Of a stretch of 64,000 nt of DNA, positions 1 to 10,909 are shown in pieces. A model generated the notes under the pieces. The model saw only the letters and a list, made by a program, of their open reading frames with translations, was not told where the DNA came from and searched no databases. The stretch covers positions 32,001 through 96,000 of the forward strand of contig JBMOPW010000032.1 in NCBI GenBank assembly GCA_049322915.1, in the 5' to 3' direction. Each line of letters opens with the position of its first letter. Position 1 is the stretch's first letter. The position numbers and the translations under genes were made by a program. This DNA comes from Candidatus Zhuqueibacterota bacterium (GTDB lineage Bacteria; Zhuqueibacterota; Zhuqueibacteria; Thermofontimicrobiales; Thermofontimicrobiaceae).

Positions 1-3000
1 AATTGTAATGTGAATGGCTTCACTGTGGGGGATGAGTTCGCAAATGAAACGGATAAGTGGTTGGTTCAAACGCCGCCAGCGTTCAGATTCCTGCGCGTCA
101 CTGCCGGGGAGGATACCGTCATTCAGGGGACAAATACGATAGTGAAGGCCACAATCAAAAATGACGGAGATGCAACGGCGCTCATTGATTCGGTGAGATT
201 CATGTATTCAAACCTGACGCCGCCCATCCTGGATGTGACAGATGACTATGCGCTCGCGCCCTATCCAACGAATCCCGCTTCGATTGAGGGGCACAGCCTT
301 GATAGCCTCTTTTTTACGGTCACCGTGGGTTCCAATGCGGCCGTCGACGACATTGGCATCGATGGCAAAATATTTGGAAGAGATCAAAATTCCGGTTTAG
401 CTTATTCGGATATAAATGCAGATACCACGGATAGCTGGCATGTGAAACAAGCGTCGGATTTGGAGATCGTCGCTTTCAATCCCAGCCAGCGGACCGTAAC
501 CAGCGGGCAGGTAGAGAATTGGTTTTTGGACATGGTGATTGACAACAATGGCGGGGCCAACTTGCGGCTGGATAGCGTCAGAGTTGATTTTACCTATGGC
601 GGCGCTGATATTTCCAGTGAATACGCAACCGTATATCCTGATATATTTCAGACCAGTGGTGATAACTTGTTGAGAGCCGGGGCGATCGATACGCTCCGAA
701 TTACCATTGATAAGACAGGGACCACAATCGGGGCGGTTACTGTCGGCGGGACAGTTTATCTGAATGACATGATCAGCGGACAGTTAATTAAAAGCAAACT
801 CACCGGCGTCACGGTACAGGCGCCCGGCGCATTGACTATAAAATATATCAGATCGTCGCAGCCTGAAGTGACCACCGGCCAGACGCAGGACTGGAGCGTC
901 AGTCTGGCGCTCACGAACAATGGCGGCGGGGACATTGCGATTGACACAACGCGTCTGGCTGATTTCTTCAATTTTGGCGCAGACCCGAACTACACAGTTC
1001 AACCGCCAGCATCGTTTGCCCATAGTGGAAATTTCGTGCTCGTGGCCGGGGCAACGGATAGTCTGATTTTTACCATTGATTCCACGGGTACCATAGCCGG
1101 TATGCGGTCGGTGAATGTTTCGGTCTTTGCAGAGGAAATAAACAGCCATGATCCAATCTCCATTGCCGGCGTCATGACGATTGAAGTTGAAATCCCGGCC
1201 AATATCCGAATTCTGAAGACAGTCAGTCTGGCGCCAAATGCGCCGTATGTGGATAACAATCAACTGTTCCAGATTGCGGTGCTGGTGCAGAACCAGGGTG
1301 GTGATGCCGCCAAAAATATTGAAATGTCGCTCGTACGGGATAGCACATCGACGATCTTGAATCCACAGGACACGCTCCCCATTGTTCAGGGAATGAGCAT
1401 CGATACGTTGAAATTCAATGTGCAGGCTTCCTCCAACTGGATCTGGGATGAAATTTTCACAGCGACGATCGATACTGCCACAGCAGAAAATACACTCGAA
1501 TCTGATAAAATAATCTTCAGTTCGCCAGTGGATTCTGTGGATACAACTGTGGTTCAGCGCCCGGCAAAATTTAAAATTGTTACTATTTCACCATCGCAGG
1601 ACACGGTGCGGGCATTGAGTCCTTACGAATGGCAAATCACTGTGGCGGTGGAAGACAGCGGCGCCGGTTACCTTCGGCTGAATCCGCCGGACGAGGAAGA
1701 TGTTACCATTTCCATCAATGGCCAAGCGCAGGACGATTACACGATTGTTCCGCCCAATGCTTTCGAGGTTCATCCTGATTTAATGTTATCGTGGCATGAA
1801 ACGGATGCGCTGGTTTATCGCGTGACAAGCACCGGCGTTTTAGGCGGATCGGCGCGAATAAAAATCAATTTGAGTGGACGTTATCTGAATTCGGATACTC
1901 CATTTCAGGTGATGGATTCCACGTGGATTTATATCCGACCATCGGCTGATGTATTTATCGACAAAACCGAGCCAGTCTGCCGAAACATCAATCAATATGG
2001 CATTGGTCAGGTGAACACCAGCCAGAGTTTTTCAGTGAAATCGAAAATCCGAAATACCGGCGGCGAGCAGGTGGACGATGTCGTCGTCAGTCTCACCGCG
2101 CCGGGCTACTCCATTCCGCCGGCGACGATAGATTACATTTTACCGTCCGGCGAGGCGCTAGCAACTTTCACTTTCAATGCGCAGGCAGTGGCTTCAGAAC
2201 AGGTGAAATTCACTGCGACAATTCTTTCCGCTGTTTCGCACGGCAGCGGTCTATCGGCCATTATTGGAGCCGCTTCAGATTCCACCGCGCTAGTCAGGGT
2301 GCATACGCCGGCGCTCATGCGGCTTTCCATTCTGACTGAAAACACAATTTTTTCGGTTGGACAGAGCGCCCCGTTCCAGGTCGAAGTCGAAAACTTAGGG
2401 ACTGCAGAAGCGGATGCCAGTGGCGAACTGGCGGTATTTATGCCTCAGGATTATTTCGTCTTAGCGAATGAAGTGCAGAAAGTATCCGATACCACATCGT
2501 TTGAAATTAATGAAACGATCACCTGGGAGGTTTTGCCTCCTTCGACCGAATCCATCGGTGACACGATTATAGTTAAAATTACGAAGCCGCCAGTGGATAA
2601 AAACACCGGCCTATTCGCATTAATAGAAAATACGGATCCGTTCGACTCCCTGGTCGTGAGAACGGTTCCCCTGGAACTCAGTCTGAATTCATTTGAAATT
2701 ACCTCGCCGGCCGGAGCGACGGATGATACATTATCGACGCTTCAAAATTTCTATGCCCAGGTCAATTTCACAAAGTCTGAAAATATCAGCAGCGTCACAG
2801 CGCGGCTGAAGGTGCCGAATGGATACACATTCGCTACTGGAACGGATTCCGTGAAGGCAAATATTACAGACTACGCCACATGGCGGCTCATTGCGCCTGA
2901 GGATGCTCGTTCGAATGAGGAGTTGATACGCGTGGAGGTGTCTGGCTATGTCGGAGCGGACTATGTCACTGCGAAGGATAGCATCTCGGTGGTCGTGGAA

Positions 3001-4905
3001 AACCGGGCTACATTACTGATTGATCGCCTGTGGATTTCCTGGCCGTCAACGGATAGCACGCTATCAATGAGCCAGGAATTTGATTTGAGCGCTATTGTCA
3101 TCAATTCCGGCGATGCGAAAATTGATGGTCAGACCAATTTGAAAATTGATTTTGGCGCAACCGGAGTCACAACCAGCGATGATGCCATAAAGGCTGCAAC
3201 TCCTGATATGCCTGTGACGTGGCGATTGCGCGCTCCGGCAGAGGAAAAATTGAAAGCGCCGATTGTTGTTTCCATTGAAACAATTCCCAGAGACGTGAAC
3301 ACAAATGAAAAAGCAGTGGTGACGACCCGCTCCAAATATTTCTATGTTCAGACACAGCAATCGGCGACGGCATCGATTGAAAACCTGAGAATAATTTCGC
3401 CGTCAGGAGCGATCGATAAAGTGTTCTCCACCTATCAAACCTTCCAGATTGAAGCGGATGTGAACTGGTACAACTGCACAACAGCGCCGTCTGTGCAGCT
3501 TCAGTTGGAAGGCGGCTTCACGACGCCTGAATCGTATCCAAAAGTTCCGAATGGTGTCGATGGCCAGGGAACCGTCAATTGGACAATCACAGCGCCGGGC
3601 AACTCCATTACAGACCAGAACATCTGGCTGAAGTTGACGGCTCAGGATGCTAACAGTCGCATTACATTTACGCGCACTTCGGACTCACTCGAAGTGGACG
3701 TGCTTCGGCGCGCGACGATTCAATTGAACGGAAAAATTAATTCACCAAAAAGCGCGCTGGATGGAATTGTCTCGACCAACCAAAATTTCGTGGTCTGCGC
3801 GAATTTATCCCGGTTCGGCGACGCTAATATTTTGGGCAATTTCAGCGCGACTCTGAAATTACCCAGTGGCCTGGGTTATTCAACGGCTCAGAATTTGACA
3901 CTATCAACAACGCACAGCGATTCTCTGTTCTGGACAATTACAGCGCCGGCCTCCGAACGTGTTCCCGACAATATTACTGTCACGCTCATTAGCTGGCCTG
4001 AAGATGAAAACACAAATCTCTCCATTGCAGCCGAAGCGGTGCTGTTAAAAAATGTCTATATTCCGGTTTCGACGGAAGAGAAAAGCGTGACAGTAGAGAT
4101 GCTGCCTCCGCCTTTGAAAAATACAATAGCCAGGGGAGACACCATGGTGTCTATGCTGGGGCTTGAATTGCTGGCCTCAGGCGATTCTTTTTCGAACAAT
4201 ATTCTGTTTACGGGCGTTAAAATTAGGCTGAAAGATCGCACGGGCGCCCTTATTTCAAATCCGGCGAAGGTGATTTCGCGGATACGAGTCGTGAATAATC
4301 AACAGAACTCTCAGATTTACGGACAGGTCACTTCGATCCCGACGAGCAATCCAGTTGAAATTCTGTTCACGCAGGTGGATACGCTGAAACCAGAAATTGA
4401 AAACCAGGTTCAGTTCAAAGTCGATATTGCTGCAAATTCGGAAATAAGCGATTTCCGGATGGCGATTGATTCTGTGACTTCACTCTATCTTTTTGATGAG
4501 GAATCCGGCCAGACACCGAAGCTGAAAAATGCGAGTGGCCAATCCCTGGAACTTCTCAATTTTGAATCTGAGCCGTCCGTGATCATTGAATCGAATTTCG
4601 ATAAAGCATTCAGCAATTACCCAAACCCCTTTGGCGAAATAAACCGGCCGGTGACAAACTTTGTTTATTATCTGGATGAAGATACTGATGTAAAAATCCA
4701 GATTTACACATTGATCGGAGAATTGGTGTGGGAGCGAACTTACACAGAGGCTGAATCCCAGGGTCGCGAGGGACTGCATGATTCGGATATAATCTGGGAT
4801 GGAAGAAATGGGCAGGGACATAAAGTTTTAAACGGTGTGTATGTCGCCAGAATTTCTACGGGCTATGGCAAAGCCGCTCTTAGAAAAATAGCAGTGATAA
4901 AATAG
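1..4905 (+). CDS. Giant secreted/surface protein with tandem CARDB/Ig-like repeats and C-terminal FlgD/T9SS-like sorting domain (5' truncated)
   Basis: Frame open from base 1 (aat tgt aat gtg). Repeated ~120-130 aa beta-rich units (VTSGQVENW..NNGG, VTTGQTQDW..NNGG, VNTSQSF..NTGG, LSMSQEF..NSG). C-terminus NYPNPF..YYLDEDTDVKIQIYTLIGELV..IIWDGRNGQGHKVLNGVYV. Confidence 0.85.
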   Translation, partial: NCNVNGFTVGDEFANETDKWLVQTPPAFRFLRVTAGEDTVIQGTNTIVKATIKNDGDATALIDSVRFMYSNLTPPILDVTDDYALAPYPTNPASIEGHSLDSLFFTVTVGSNAAVDDIGIDGKIFGRDQNSGLAYSDINADTTDSWHVKQASDLEIVAFNPSQRTVTSGQVENWFLDMVIDNNGGANLRLDSVRVDFTYGGADISSEYATVYPDIFQTSGDNLLRAGAIDTLRITIDKTGTTIGAVTVGGTVYLNDMISGQLIKSKLTGVTVQAPGALTIKYIRSSQPEVTTGQTQDWSVSLALTNNGGGDIAIDTTRLADFFNFGADPNYTVQPPASFAHSGNFVLVAGATDSLIFTIDSTGTIAGMRSVNVSVFAEEINSHDPISIAGVMTIEVEIPANIRILKTVSLAPNAPYVDNNQLFQIAVLVQNQGGDAAKNIEMSLVRDSTSTILNPQDTLPIVQGMSIDTLKFNVQASSNWIWDEIFTATIDTATAENTLESDKIIFSSPVDSVDTTVVQRPAKFKIVTISPSQDTVRALSPYEWQITVAVEDSGAGYLRLNPPDEEDVTISINGQAQDDYTIVPPNAFEVHPDLMLSWHETDALVYRVTSTGVLGGSARIKINLSGRYLNSDTPFQVMDSTWIYIRPSADVFIDKTEPVCRNINQYGIGQVNTSQSFSVKSKIRNTGGEQVDDVVVSLTAPGYSIPPATIDYILPSGEALATFTFNAQAVASEQVKFTATILSAVSHGSGLSAIIGAASDSTALVRVHTPALMRLSILTENTIFSVGQSAPFQVEVENLGTAEADASGELAVFMPQDYFVLANEVQKVSDTTSFEINETITWEVLPPSTESIGDTIIVKITKPPVDKNTGLFALIENTDPFDSLVVRTVPLELSLNSFEITSPAGATDDTLSTLQNFYAQVNFTKSENISSVTARLKVPNGYTFATGTDSVKANITDYATWRLIAPEDARSNEELIRVEVSGYVGADYVTAKDSISVVVENRATLLIDRLWISWPSTDSTLSMSQEFDLSAIVINSGDAKIDGQTNLKIDFGATGVTTSDDAIKAATPDMPVTWRLRAPAEEKLKAPIVVSIETIPRDVNTNEKAVVTTRSKYFYVQTQQSATASIENLRIISPSGAIDKVFSTYQTFQIEADVNWYNCTTAPSVQLQLEGGFTTPESYPKVPNGVDGQGTVNWTITAPGNSITDQNIWLKLTAQDANSRITFTRTSDSLEVDVLRRATIQLNGKINSPKSALDGIVSTNQNFVVCANLSRFGDANILGNFSATLKLPSGLGYSTAQNLTLSTTHSDSLFWTITAPASERVPDNITVTLISWPEDENTNLSIAAEAVLLKNVYIPVSTEEKSVTVEMLPPPLKNTIARGDTMVSMLGLELLASGDSFSNNILFTGVKIRLKDRTGALISNPAKVISRIRVVNNQQNSQIYGQVTSIPTSNPVEILFTQVDTLKPEIENQVQFKVDIAANSEISDFRMAIDSVTSLYLFDEESGQTPKLKNASGQSLELLNFESEPSVIIESNFDKAFSNYPNPFGEINRPVTNFVYYLDEDTDVKIQIYTLIGELVWERTYTEAESQGREGLHDSDIIWDGRNGQGHKVLNGVYVARISTGYGKAALRKIAVIK

Positions 4906-4922
4906 CAAATAGGATTTGAGAG

Positions 4923-6845
4923 ATGAGAATATCAAATTTCTTCATTGGAGTCTTCAGTTTTTTTCTGACATTTGGTTTGTTTGTCGGTATAGCTAATGGA
5001 GATGAAGGTTTTGCAGGGACGCAAAGCAATTTCAATCTCGGGGTCGGTGCCAGGGCTCTCGCATTGGGAAATGCCTATGTTGCTATGCCGTTCGATGCAA
5101 CCGCCGTTTATTGGAATCCTGCCGGACTGGATTACATTCAGAGAAAAAATGTGAGTCTGTTTTATACCAATTTATTAGCAGGCGCCAAATACTTTTATTT
5201 CGGCTATGCGCATCCAACAATAAATTTTGGTTCTTTTGGATTCGGCGTAATTAGTAGTGGCGTTGGTGATATTCAAGAAACGGATAGCTCCGCTCCCATT
5301 GAATTGGGGACATTTTCTTACTCTCAGCAGGAGTTTCTTCTGTCTTATGGAAAGCAGCTTCCCTGGAATATTGCGTTAGGCGTCAATTTAAAAATTGATC
5401 ATCAAAGTATACATGGACTTACAGATACAGGCGTCGGAGCAGATTTTGGATTTTTGTATCGGCCGAATTTTACAAATTTTCTTTTGAGCGGAGTGTCCGT
5501 AGGGTTGACTGCGCAAAATTTATTCGGACCGAGACTTAAACAGATTTCTGAAACTGACATTAGTCCAATAAATATCAGGATGGGATTTGCGAAACCAATT
5601 TTAACAAATGAATGGGGAAATCAATTCACGATTTTTATGGATTTTGAACAAAGTGAGTACGAGCCATTCAAGTTCCACACCGGCACCGAATATGTTTTCA
5701 ATAATTTTGCCATGCTTCGGGTTGGGTTGAATAACAATCAAATCGCGTTTGGGGCGGGTGCAGCGATCAGCATGTTCCAGATCGATTATATGTATGGCAA
5801 ATTTTCTGATAATCCATTTGACACAAATCATCGCATTTCCTTTAGCGTAACGTTCGGGAAGTCCAAAGATGAGCTGGTGAAAATTGCTGAGCAGCGCCGA
5901 CTGGAAGAGATTCAGCGAAAAGTCGAACAGCAAAGGATTTGGGAGCGCGATGAGAAAATTTCCGAGAGCATGGATCGAGGTAAGCAATATCTCGAAATTG
6001 AAGATTATGAACGGGCATTGCGCGAGTTTAATTTCATAACAAATTATGAAAGTGAAATGCCGAATTCAACGGTGATTGCTGAAGCTCGTAAATTGTCGGA
6101 GGAGACAACTCAAAGGAGAGACGATAAGCTTAAAAAGTCTTTCGATGAAATTCGAAGCCGGAATGAAGCGGAGAAAGAGCGGAAGGAATTAGACATCTTC
6201 CTCGACCGGCAATTCGATTTAGGGCTGTCTCATTATGAAGTCGAAGAATATGAAAAAGCCATTGCCGAATGGCAAAAAATGTTGGATCGCGATCCGAATA
6301 ATGTGCTGGCCAAAGAGTGGATTCCCAAGGCTCAGGCGGATTACGAAAAGAAAATATTGTCATTGATTAACCAGGCTGATAATTTCGCACGTAAGGGCCG
6401 GTACCTGGAAGCGATCAGCGTTTTGAATAATGCCCGGATGTTGAATCCGGACGAAAAGCAGATCAATGTCATCGACTCCCGCAGTAATTCCTACAAACAG
6501 CAAATGCAATTCGATGAGCTGTTTCAGCAGGGATATCGATATTACATCACCAAAGATTATGTCAATGCTATGAATTCGTTCCAGGAAGCGCTCAAGCACC
6601 GTCCTAACAATGAACAGGTGAAAAAGTTATATACCGATGCCGAGGCACGTGCCAATGCGAAGAAAATGCGTATGACGCCGGAGATGGCTAAAAAATATGA
6701 TCGGGGGATTAATTTGTACACGGCGGGAAAATATGAGGAGGCCATTCAGATTTGGGAAGAATTGTTATTGATTCAACCCTACAACAAAGAGATTTTAGAT
6801 ACCATCGACGGGGCCAAAGAACGAAGCCGACAGCAGAAGAAATAG
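4923..6845 (+). CDS. PorV/PorQ (UPF0164)-family outer-membrane beta-barrel fused to coiled coil and TPR repeats
   Basis: Signal peptide; GVGARALALGNAYVA..DATAVYWNPAGL signature; barrel ends NHRISFSVTFG; then helical TPRs (YEKAIAEWQKMLDRDPNN, YEEAIQIWEELLLIQPYN). Confidence 0.85.
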   Translation: MRISNFFIGVFSFFLTFGLFVGIANGDEGFAGTQSNFNLGVGARALALGNAYVAMPFDATAVYWNPAGLDYIQRKNVSLFYTNLLAGAKYFYFGYAHPTINFGSFGFGVISSGVGDIQETDSSAPIELGTFSYSQQEFLLSYGKQLPWNIALGVNLKIDHQSIHGLTDTGVGADFGFLYRPNFTNFLLSGVSVGLTAQNLFGPRLKQISETDISPINIRMGFAKPILTNEWGNQFTIFMDFEQSEYEPFKFHTGTEYVFNNFAMLRVGLNNNQIAFGAGAAISMFQIDYMYGKFSDNPFDTNHRISFSVTFGKSKDELVKIAEQRRLEEIQRKVEQQRIWERDEKISESMDRGKQYLEIEDYERALREFNFITNYESEMPNSTVIAEARKLSEETTQRRDDKLKKSFDEIRSRNEAEKERKELDIFLDRQFDLGLSHYEVEEYEKAIAEWQKMLDRDPNNVLAKEWIPKAQADYEKKILSLINQADNFARKGRYLEAISVLNNARMLNPDEKQINVIDSRSNSYKQQMQFDELFQQGYRYYITKDYVNAMNSFQEALKHRPNNEQVKKLYTDAEARANAKKMRMTPEMAKKYDRGINLYTAGKYEEAIQIWEELLLIQPYNKEILDTIDGAKERSRQQKK

Positions 6846-6875
6846 GTGATTTTCGGAAGAGAGGATTTGTACGCT

Positions 6876-9800
6876 TTGAAAGCAGCAATTAAAGAAGAAA
6901 TAAAAGTTCCCGCGCACATAGATTACCTGGGCGAGTTACGTAACTTTGTAACAAAGACAGGTCGCAAACACAGTTTTCCGGATACGGTTGTAAATGCATT
7001 CAAACTGTGTATCGATGAGGCGGCGACAAACATCATCAAACATGCGTATCGCGACCATGATGGCATGATTACTATGCGCGTCATCGTTAAAAAAAACAGC
7101 ATGACAGTGGTGTTGGTTGACCAGGGAAAATATTTCGATCCGTCTCGTGTCGCAGATCCCGATTTGAAGCGATATATCGATATCGGCAAAAAAGGCGGCC
7201 TCGGTATTTTTATCATGCGCAAGCTGCTTGATGAAATTGAATATCATCATACCGAAGAGGGCAATGAACTCCGGCTGACGAAATACCGCGACAGTTCGTT
7301 TCGTAAGAAAAAAGAAATTCAGGCGCCATCGCTTGCTGTTAGCCTGAAGATGAGATATTCAATTATTTCAGCGGTTATTCTTTTTGTTGCCATCGCCATA
7401 GGTTACTTCTTCTATTTCTTCAAGCATGGAAATCAGGTATTGGATGAATTTGTCGCCATTGAAAGCCCGTACTGCCAGAACATCGCGCGAGCTATCATTG
7501 ACGATAATGATGAAGATCTGAAACGATTTTACGTGGCCCTGAAAGTCAATGAATTCAAGGAATCGCGCAGCGATATTTTCAGAATTTCTGTGACTGATAC
7601 AACCAATTACATCATTCATTCAACGGATGAAGTTTTATCCGGCCAGGAATTTAAAATACCCGCTGACCATTCAAAACCACGTCCCAATCTATATCAGTAT
7701 AAAACCTCCAAGGGAATTGAAGTATACAGTTTCAAGAGCAATGTGAATAACACTGCCGATCAAAAAGTTGGAAATATCTATTTAGAATTTCAAACCGATC
7801 TAGTGAGTCGAAAAGTCGCAGCGGTGCGAATCCGCGACCTTCTCACTGCGATCATGATTTTGCTCCTGAGCTATATGGGCGTGGCCGTTCTGATTTACCT
7901 CATCATGAATCCGTTTCGTAAGCTTTCGACCTGGGTGCGCGAATTGGGACACGGCGGCGACGTTAAAGATGAGATTGATTTTGACTCTGGTGATGAAGTC
8001 GGAGAGATCGCAAAGGCGTTCAGCGACATCACCGATAAATTTCGTCAGTCGCAGAAAAACCTGGCTGAACAGGAACGTATTCAAAAAGAGATGCAACTGG
8101 CTCAGGATATTCAGCAGACACTGCTTCCGTCGGAAACGCCAGTCCTGGAGGGGTATGAAATTGCATCCCACTATGAATCTGCCAAAGAGGTTGGCGGGGA
8201 TTATTTTGATTTCATTGAAGTGGATAAAGATACGCTTGGCATAGTAGTGGCGGACGTTTCCGGGAAAGGCGTCCCCGGCTCACTCATTATGACAATGATC
8301 AGAACGGCTTTGCGTACCGAGGCGCGTTCGATTCGGTCGGCTTCGGAGGTGTTGGCGCGGGTCAATGAGTTTGTCGTGAACGATATGAAAAAGGGCATGT
8401 TTGTCACTTTGTTTTATGTCATTATCGACTCAAAAAAGAGGCGGATCAACTACGCCAGCGCCGGTCACAACCCCATGATTCTGTACCGTCAGGGATCGAA
8501 AAAGACATATTACCTGAATCCGCGTGGATTTCCTGTGGGCATTTCCTTGCCGGATACTGAATTATTCAAACGATCAATTGAATCAGATACAATTCAATTG
8601 GCCGAAGATGACATCCTGATAATTTACACAGATGGCATTACCGAGGCGATGAATGGCCGGCGAGAGATGTTCAGCGAGGAGCGGCTGCAGGACGTGATTC
8701 GTAAGTCTGGTCACCTGCGGGCCAATGCATTTATTGATAAGCTCCGCGATGAAATACACTCGTTTACTGAGGGGTACGAACAGAGCGACGACATCACGGT
8801 TGTTGCAATTAAGGAGCAGAGCACGCCGGAAAAAATTGAATTGAATCGGGCTCAAAATGCTCATAAAGCAATTCTGGCCGGGAAAAATATCCGTGAAGCA
8901 TGCGAAGAATCGGGCATCACCACGTACGCTTATTACAATAAATATAAAAAAATCTTTGAAGAGGAAGGCATCGATGCCTATTCCATTGATGAAACAATTT
9001 CTGTTGAAGCAAAGCATCTGAGCATCGAAGAAAAGACCAAGATTTACGACATTATAAAAAAGCATCCTGAATTCGGCGCAAAAAGAATCAGCGAAGAATT
9101 AAATATTGAACTCTATGGTTTTACAGAAATAAACGAAAGCAGGATTTATGATGAGCTGGTCCGAAGTCGGTTAAATACGCGACAATTGCGGGAGGCCTAT
9201 ATTTCCCGTTCAGGAAAGAAGAAGAGGTTGAAGCCGCCCGGTACACCAATGTTAACATTGGATGGAAAAATTATTCTCAATCGCAATTATGAAGAGCCAT
9301 CTGCACCGACGCAACAGGAGGTGCCAAAACGAGTTCAATCCGAAGAAAAGAAAGAACCGTCGGCGGACCAGGTGCAAAAGGTCAGGAAGGTCAAGCAGGT
9401 TCGAGTACCCCGAGACCCGGATGACAATTTCTACCTCGAGAGTCTCATGACCATGCCAATCGAAGACCTGCTTAAAAAGGAACGGGATATGGAAGAGGTC
9501 GAGGAATCTGATACGGGATTGCAGGCCTCAGCCTTTACAGAAAAGAAGGGGGGTGTTGCGACAGAAAGCAAAATGCGGGAAGAATCAGCTGAAGAGACAC
9601 ACAACGACCTCTTTTTTGATGATGAAAAATCAGAGGAATCTTCCGATGATATAGATGTTGATTTCGATGATGAAACAGTGGAATATCAGCGGAAAGAACC
9701 TGCGCAACATGATGATGAAGGGCTGGAACATGATTTCAGCTTCAAAGATATCTGGGATGAACAGGGCGATGAGATTGAAGAACAAAGCCTTGATTCCGGC

Positions 9801-10772
9801 GACACGAAAAGACCGGCGGAGCAGGGAGCAGACTCCGATCTCAGTCCTGACAAAATAGAACTACCGGAGATGTCAATAGAGGACAATCGTGTTTCCAGAC
9901 GCGGGATCGATATCGAGGATTTGCTCGAAGAGCCGGACGATGCAAAGGCTCCCGATGAGTTAGGATTTGAAACGCTGATTGAGGAAGCGAGTTTTAAAAA
10001 CGATATTTTTCAGGTGGAACACACCGAGGAAAATGGCAATGGAAAATTAGAACTAAATGAACATACTTCCGGCGCCGAAGACGATGCTCTGCATGAGTTG
10101 GAAGCGCCAAGTTTTTTGAATGAGATTGAAGAAATTTCAATGGCCGATGAGGATGATATCCTTTCCGAGACTGAAATCGCAAGTGATGATTTCTCCTTCA
10201 ATGACCTGTTGGATGCAATTGAATCGGATATTTCTTTCTTTGAAAAAGGCGAAGCTCATGAGGACGAAGCCGAACTGGTTCTTGAAGGAAAACCGAAAAA
10301 TGCAGAGGCAAAACGAGCGTCTGAAGAAAAAGATTTTGGCGATTTTGTAGATCATGTGGCCGTTAAAAATACGGAGGACGTCAGACCCTTTCCTACGAAG
10401 CAGGATCCATTGCGCGAAAAGCATCTCATTCTGGGACTGAAATTCTATAACGAAAGAAATTATACCCAGGCGGTTGAGCAGTTCCTTCAGGTCACGAAAA
10501 TGTATCCTGATTTTAAGGAAGCGTTCAGTATTTTAGGCAATTCTTACTATCGCTCTAATCAATATGAGCATGCTGTAACAGCCTACAAACGCGTAAAGGA
10601 ACTGGATCCGAACGATACGGATGCCTACGAAAACACCGGGGTGATTTATGCAAACAATGGTAAATTCCGAGAAGCAATCAGAGAGTGGAAGCGGCTGATT
10701 GAAATCGATCCGGGTCGGGAAGATATTTTAAATCATATTACGAAGGCAGAAGAATTAATGAAAAAACTATAG
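6876..10772 (+). CDS. Multidomain membrane partner-switching protein: RsbW-like HATPase_c, 2 TM, HAMP, SpoIIE/PP2C phosphatase, HTH, acidic linker, TPR
   Basis: IDEAATNIIKHAY..DQG..GGLGIFIM (anti-sigma kinase); two TM helices; HAMP DEVGEIAKAF; PP2C motifs EVGGDYFDF, ADVSGKG, ASAGHNP, YTDGITEA, SDDIT; C-terminal TPRs. TTG start at 6876 chosen after GAGGA (track start 6846). Confidence 0.9.
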   Translation: MKAAIKEEIKVPAHIDYLGELRNFVTKTGRKHSFPDTVVNAFKLCIDEAATNIIKHAYRDHDGMITMRVIVKKNSMTVVLVDQGKYFDPSRVADPDLKRYIDIGKKGGLGIFIMRKLLDEIEYHHTEEGNELRLTKYRDSSFRKKKEIQAPSLAVSLKMRYSIISAVILFVAIAIGYFFYFFKHGNQVLDEFVAIESPYCQNIARAIIDDNDEDLKRFYVALKVNEFKESRSDIFRISVTDTTNYIIHSTDEVLSGQEFKIPADHSKPRPNLYQYKTSKGIEVYSFKSNVNNTADQKVGNIYLEFQTDLVSRKVAAVRIRDLLTAIMILLLSYMGVAVLIYLIMNPFRKLSTWVRELGHGGDVKDEIDFDSGDEVGEIAKAFSDITDKFRQSQKNLAEQERIQKEMQLAQDIQQTLLPSETPVLEGYEIASHYESAKEVGGDYFDFIEVDKDTLGIVVADVSGKGVPGSLIMTMIRTALRTEARSIRSASEVLARVNEFVVNDMKKGMFVTLFYVIIDSKKRRINYASAGHNPMILYRQGSKKTYYLNPRGFPVGISLPDTELFKRSIESDTIQLAEDDILIIYTDGITEAMNGRREMFSEERLQDVIRKSGHLRANAFIDKLRDEIHSFTEGYEQSDDITVVAIKEQSTPEKIELNRAQNAHKAILAGKNIREACEESGITTYAYYNKYKKIFEEEGIDAYSIDETISVEAKHLSIEEKTKIYDIIKKHPEFGAKRISEELNIELYGFTEINESRIYDELVRSRLNTRQLREAYISRSGKKKRLKPPGTPMLTLDGKIILNRNYEEPSAPTQQEVPKRVQSEEKKEPSADQVQKVRKVKQVRVPRDPDDNFYLESLMTMPIEDLLKKERDMEEVEESDTGLQASAFTEKKGGVATESKMREESAEETHNDLFFDDEKSEESSDDIDVDFDDETVEYQRKEPAQHDDEGLEHDFSFKDIWDEQGDEIEEQSLDSGDTKRPAEQGADSDLSPDKIELPEMSIEDNRVSRRGIDIEDLLEEPDDAKAPDELGFETLIEEASFKNDIFQVEHTEENGNGKLELNEHTSGAEDDALHELEAPSFLNEIEEISMADEDDILSETEIASDDFSFNDLLDAIESDISFFEKGEAHEDEAELVLEGKPKNAEAKRASEEKDFGDFVDHVAVKNTEDVRPFPTKQDPLREKHLILGLKFYNERNYTQAVEQFLQVTKMYPDFKEAFSILGNSYYRSNQYEHAVTAYKRVKELDPNDTDAYENTGVIYANNGKFREAIREWKRLIEIDPGREDILNHITKAEELMKKL

Positions 10773-10836
10773 GAAAAAAGTTGTAGAAATACTTCAGATT
10801 ATTAAAAAAACGAAAGATGTGATTCATATTTTTTTA

Positions 10837-10865
10837 TTGACTTTTAGTTATTTTTCAATTATATT
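10837..10865 (+). promoter_or_regulatory. sigma70-type promoter of STAS gene
   Basis: TTGACT-17 nt-TATATT. Confidence 0.6.
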
Positions 10866-10909
10866 TCGACTTAAGAAAATTTTGCGAATAATACATCTTG
10901 GAGTATTCG

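Noticed and set aside
8841..9203. Active IS element inserted in the phosphatase gene
   Set aside because: No DDE domain, terminal inverted repeats or target duplication; the host frame is intact. Treated as a domesticated domain.
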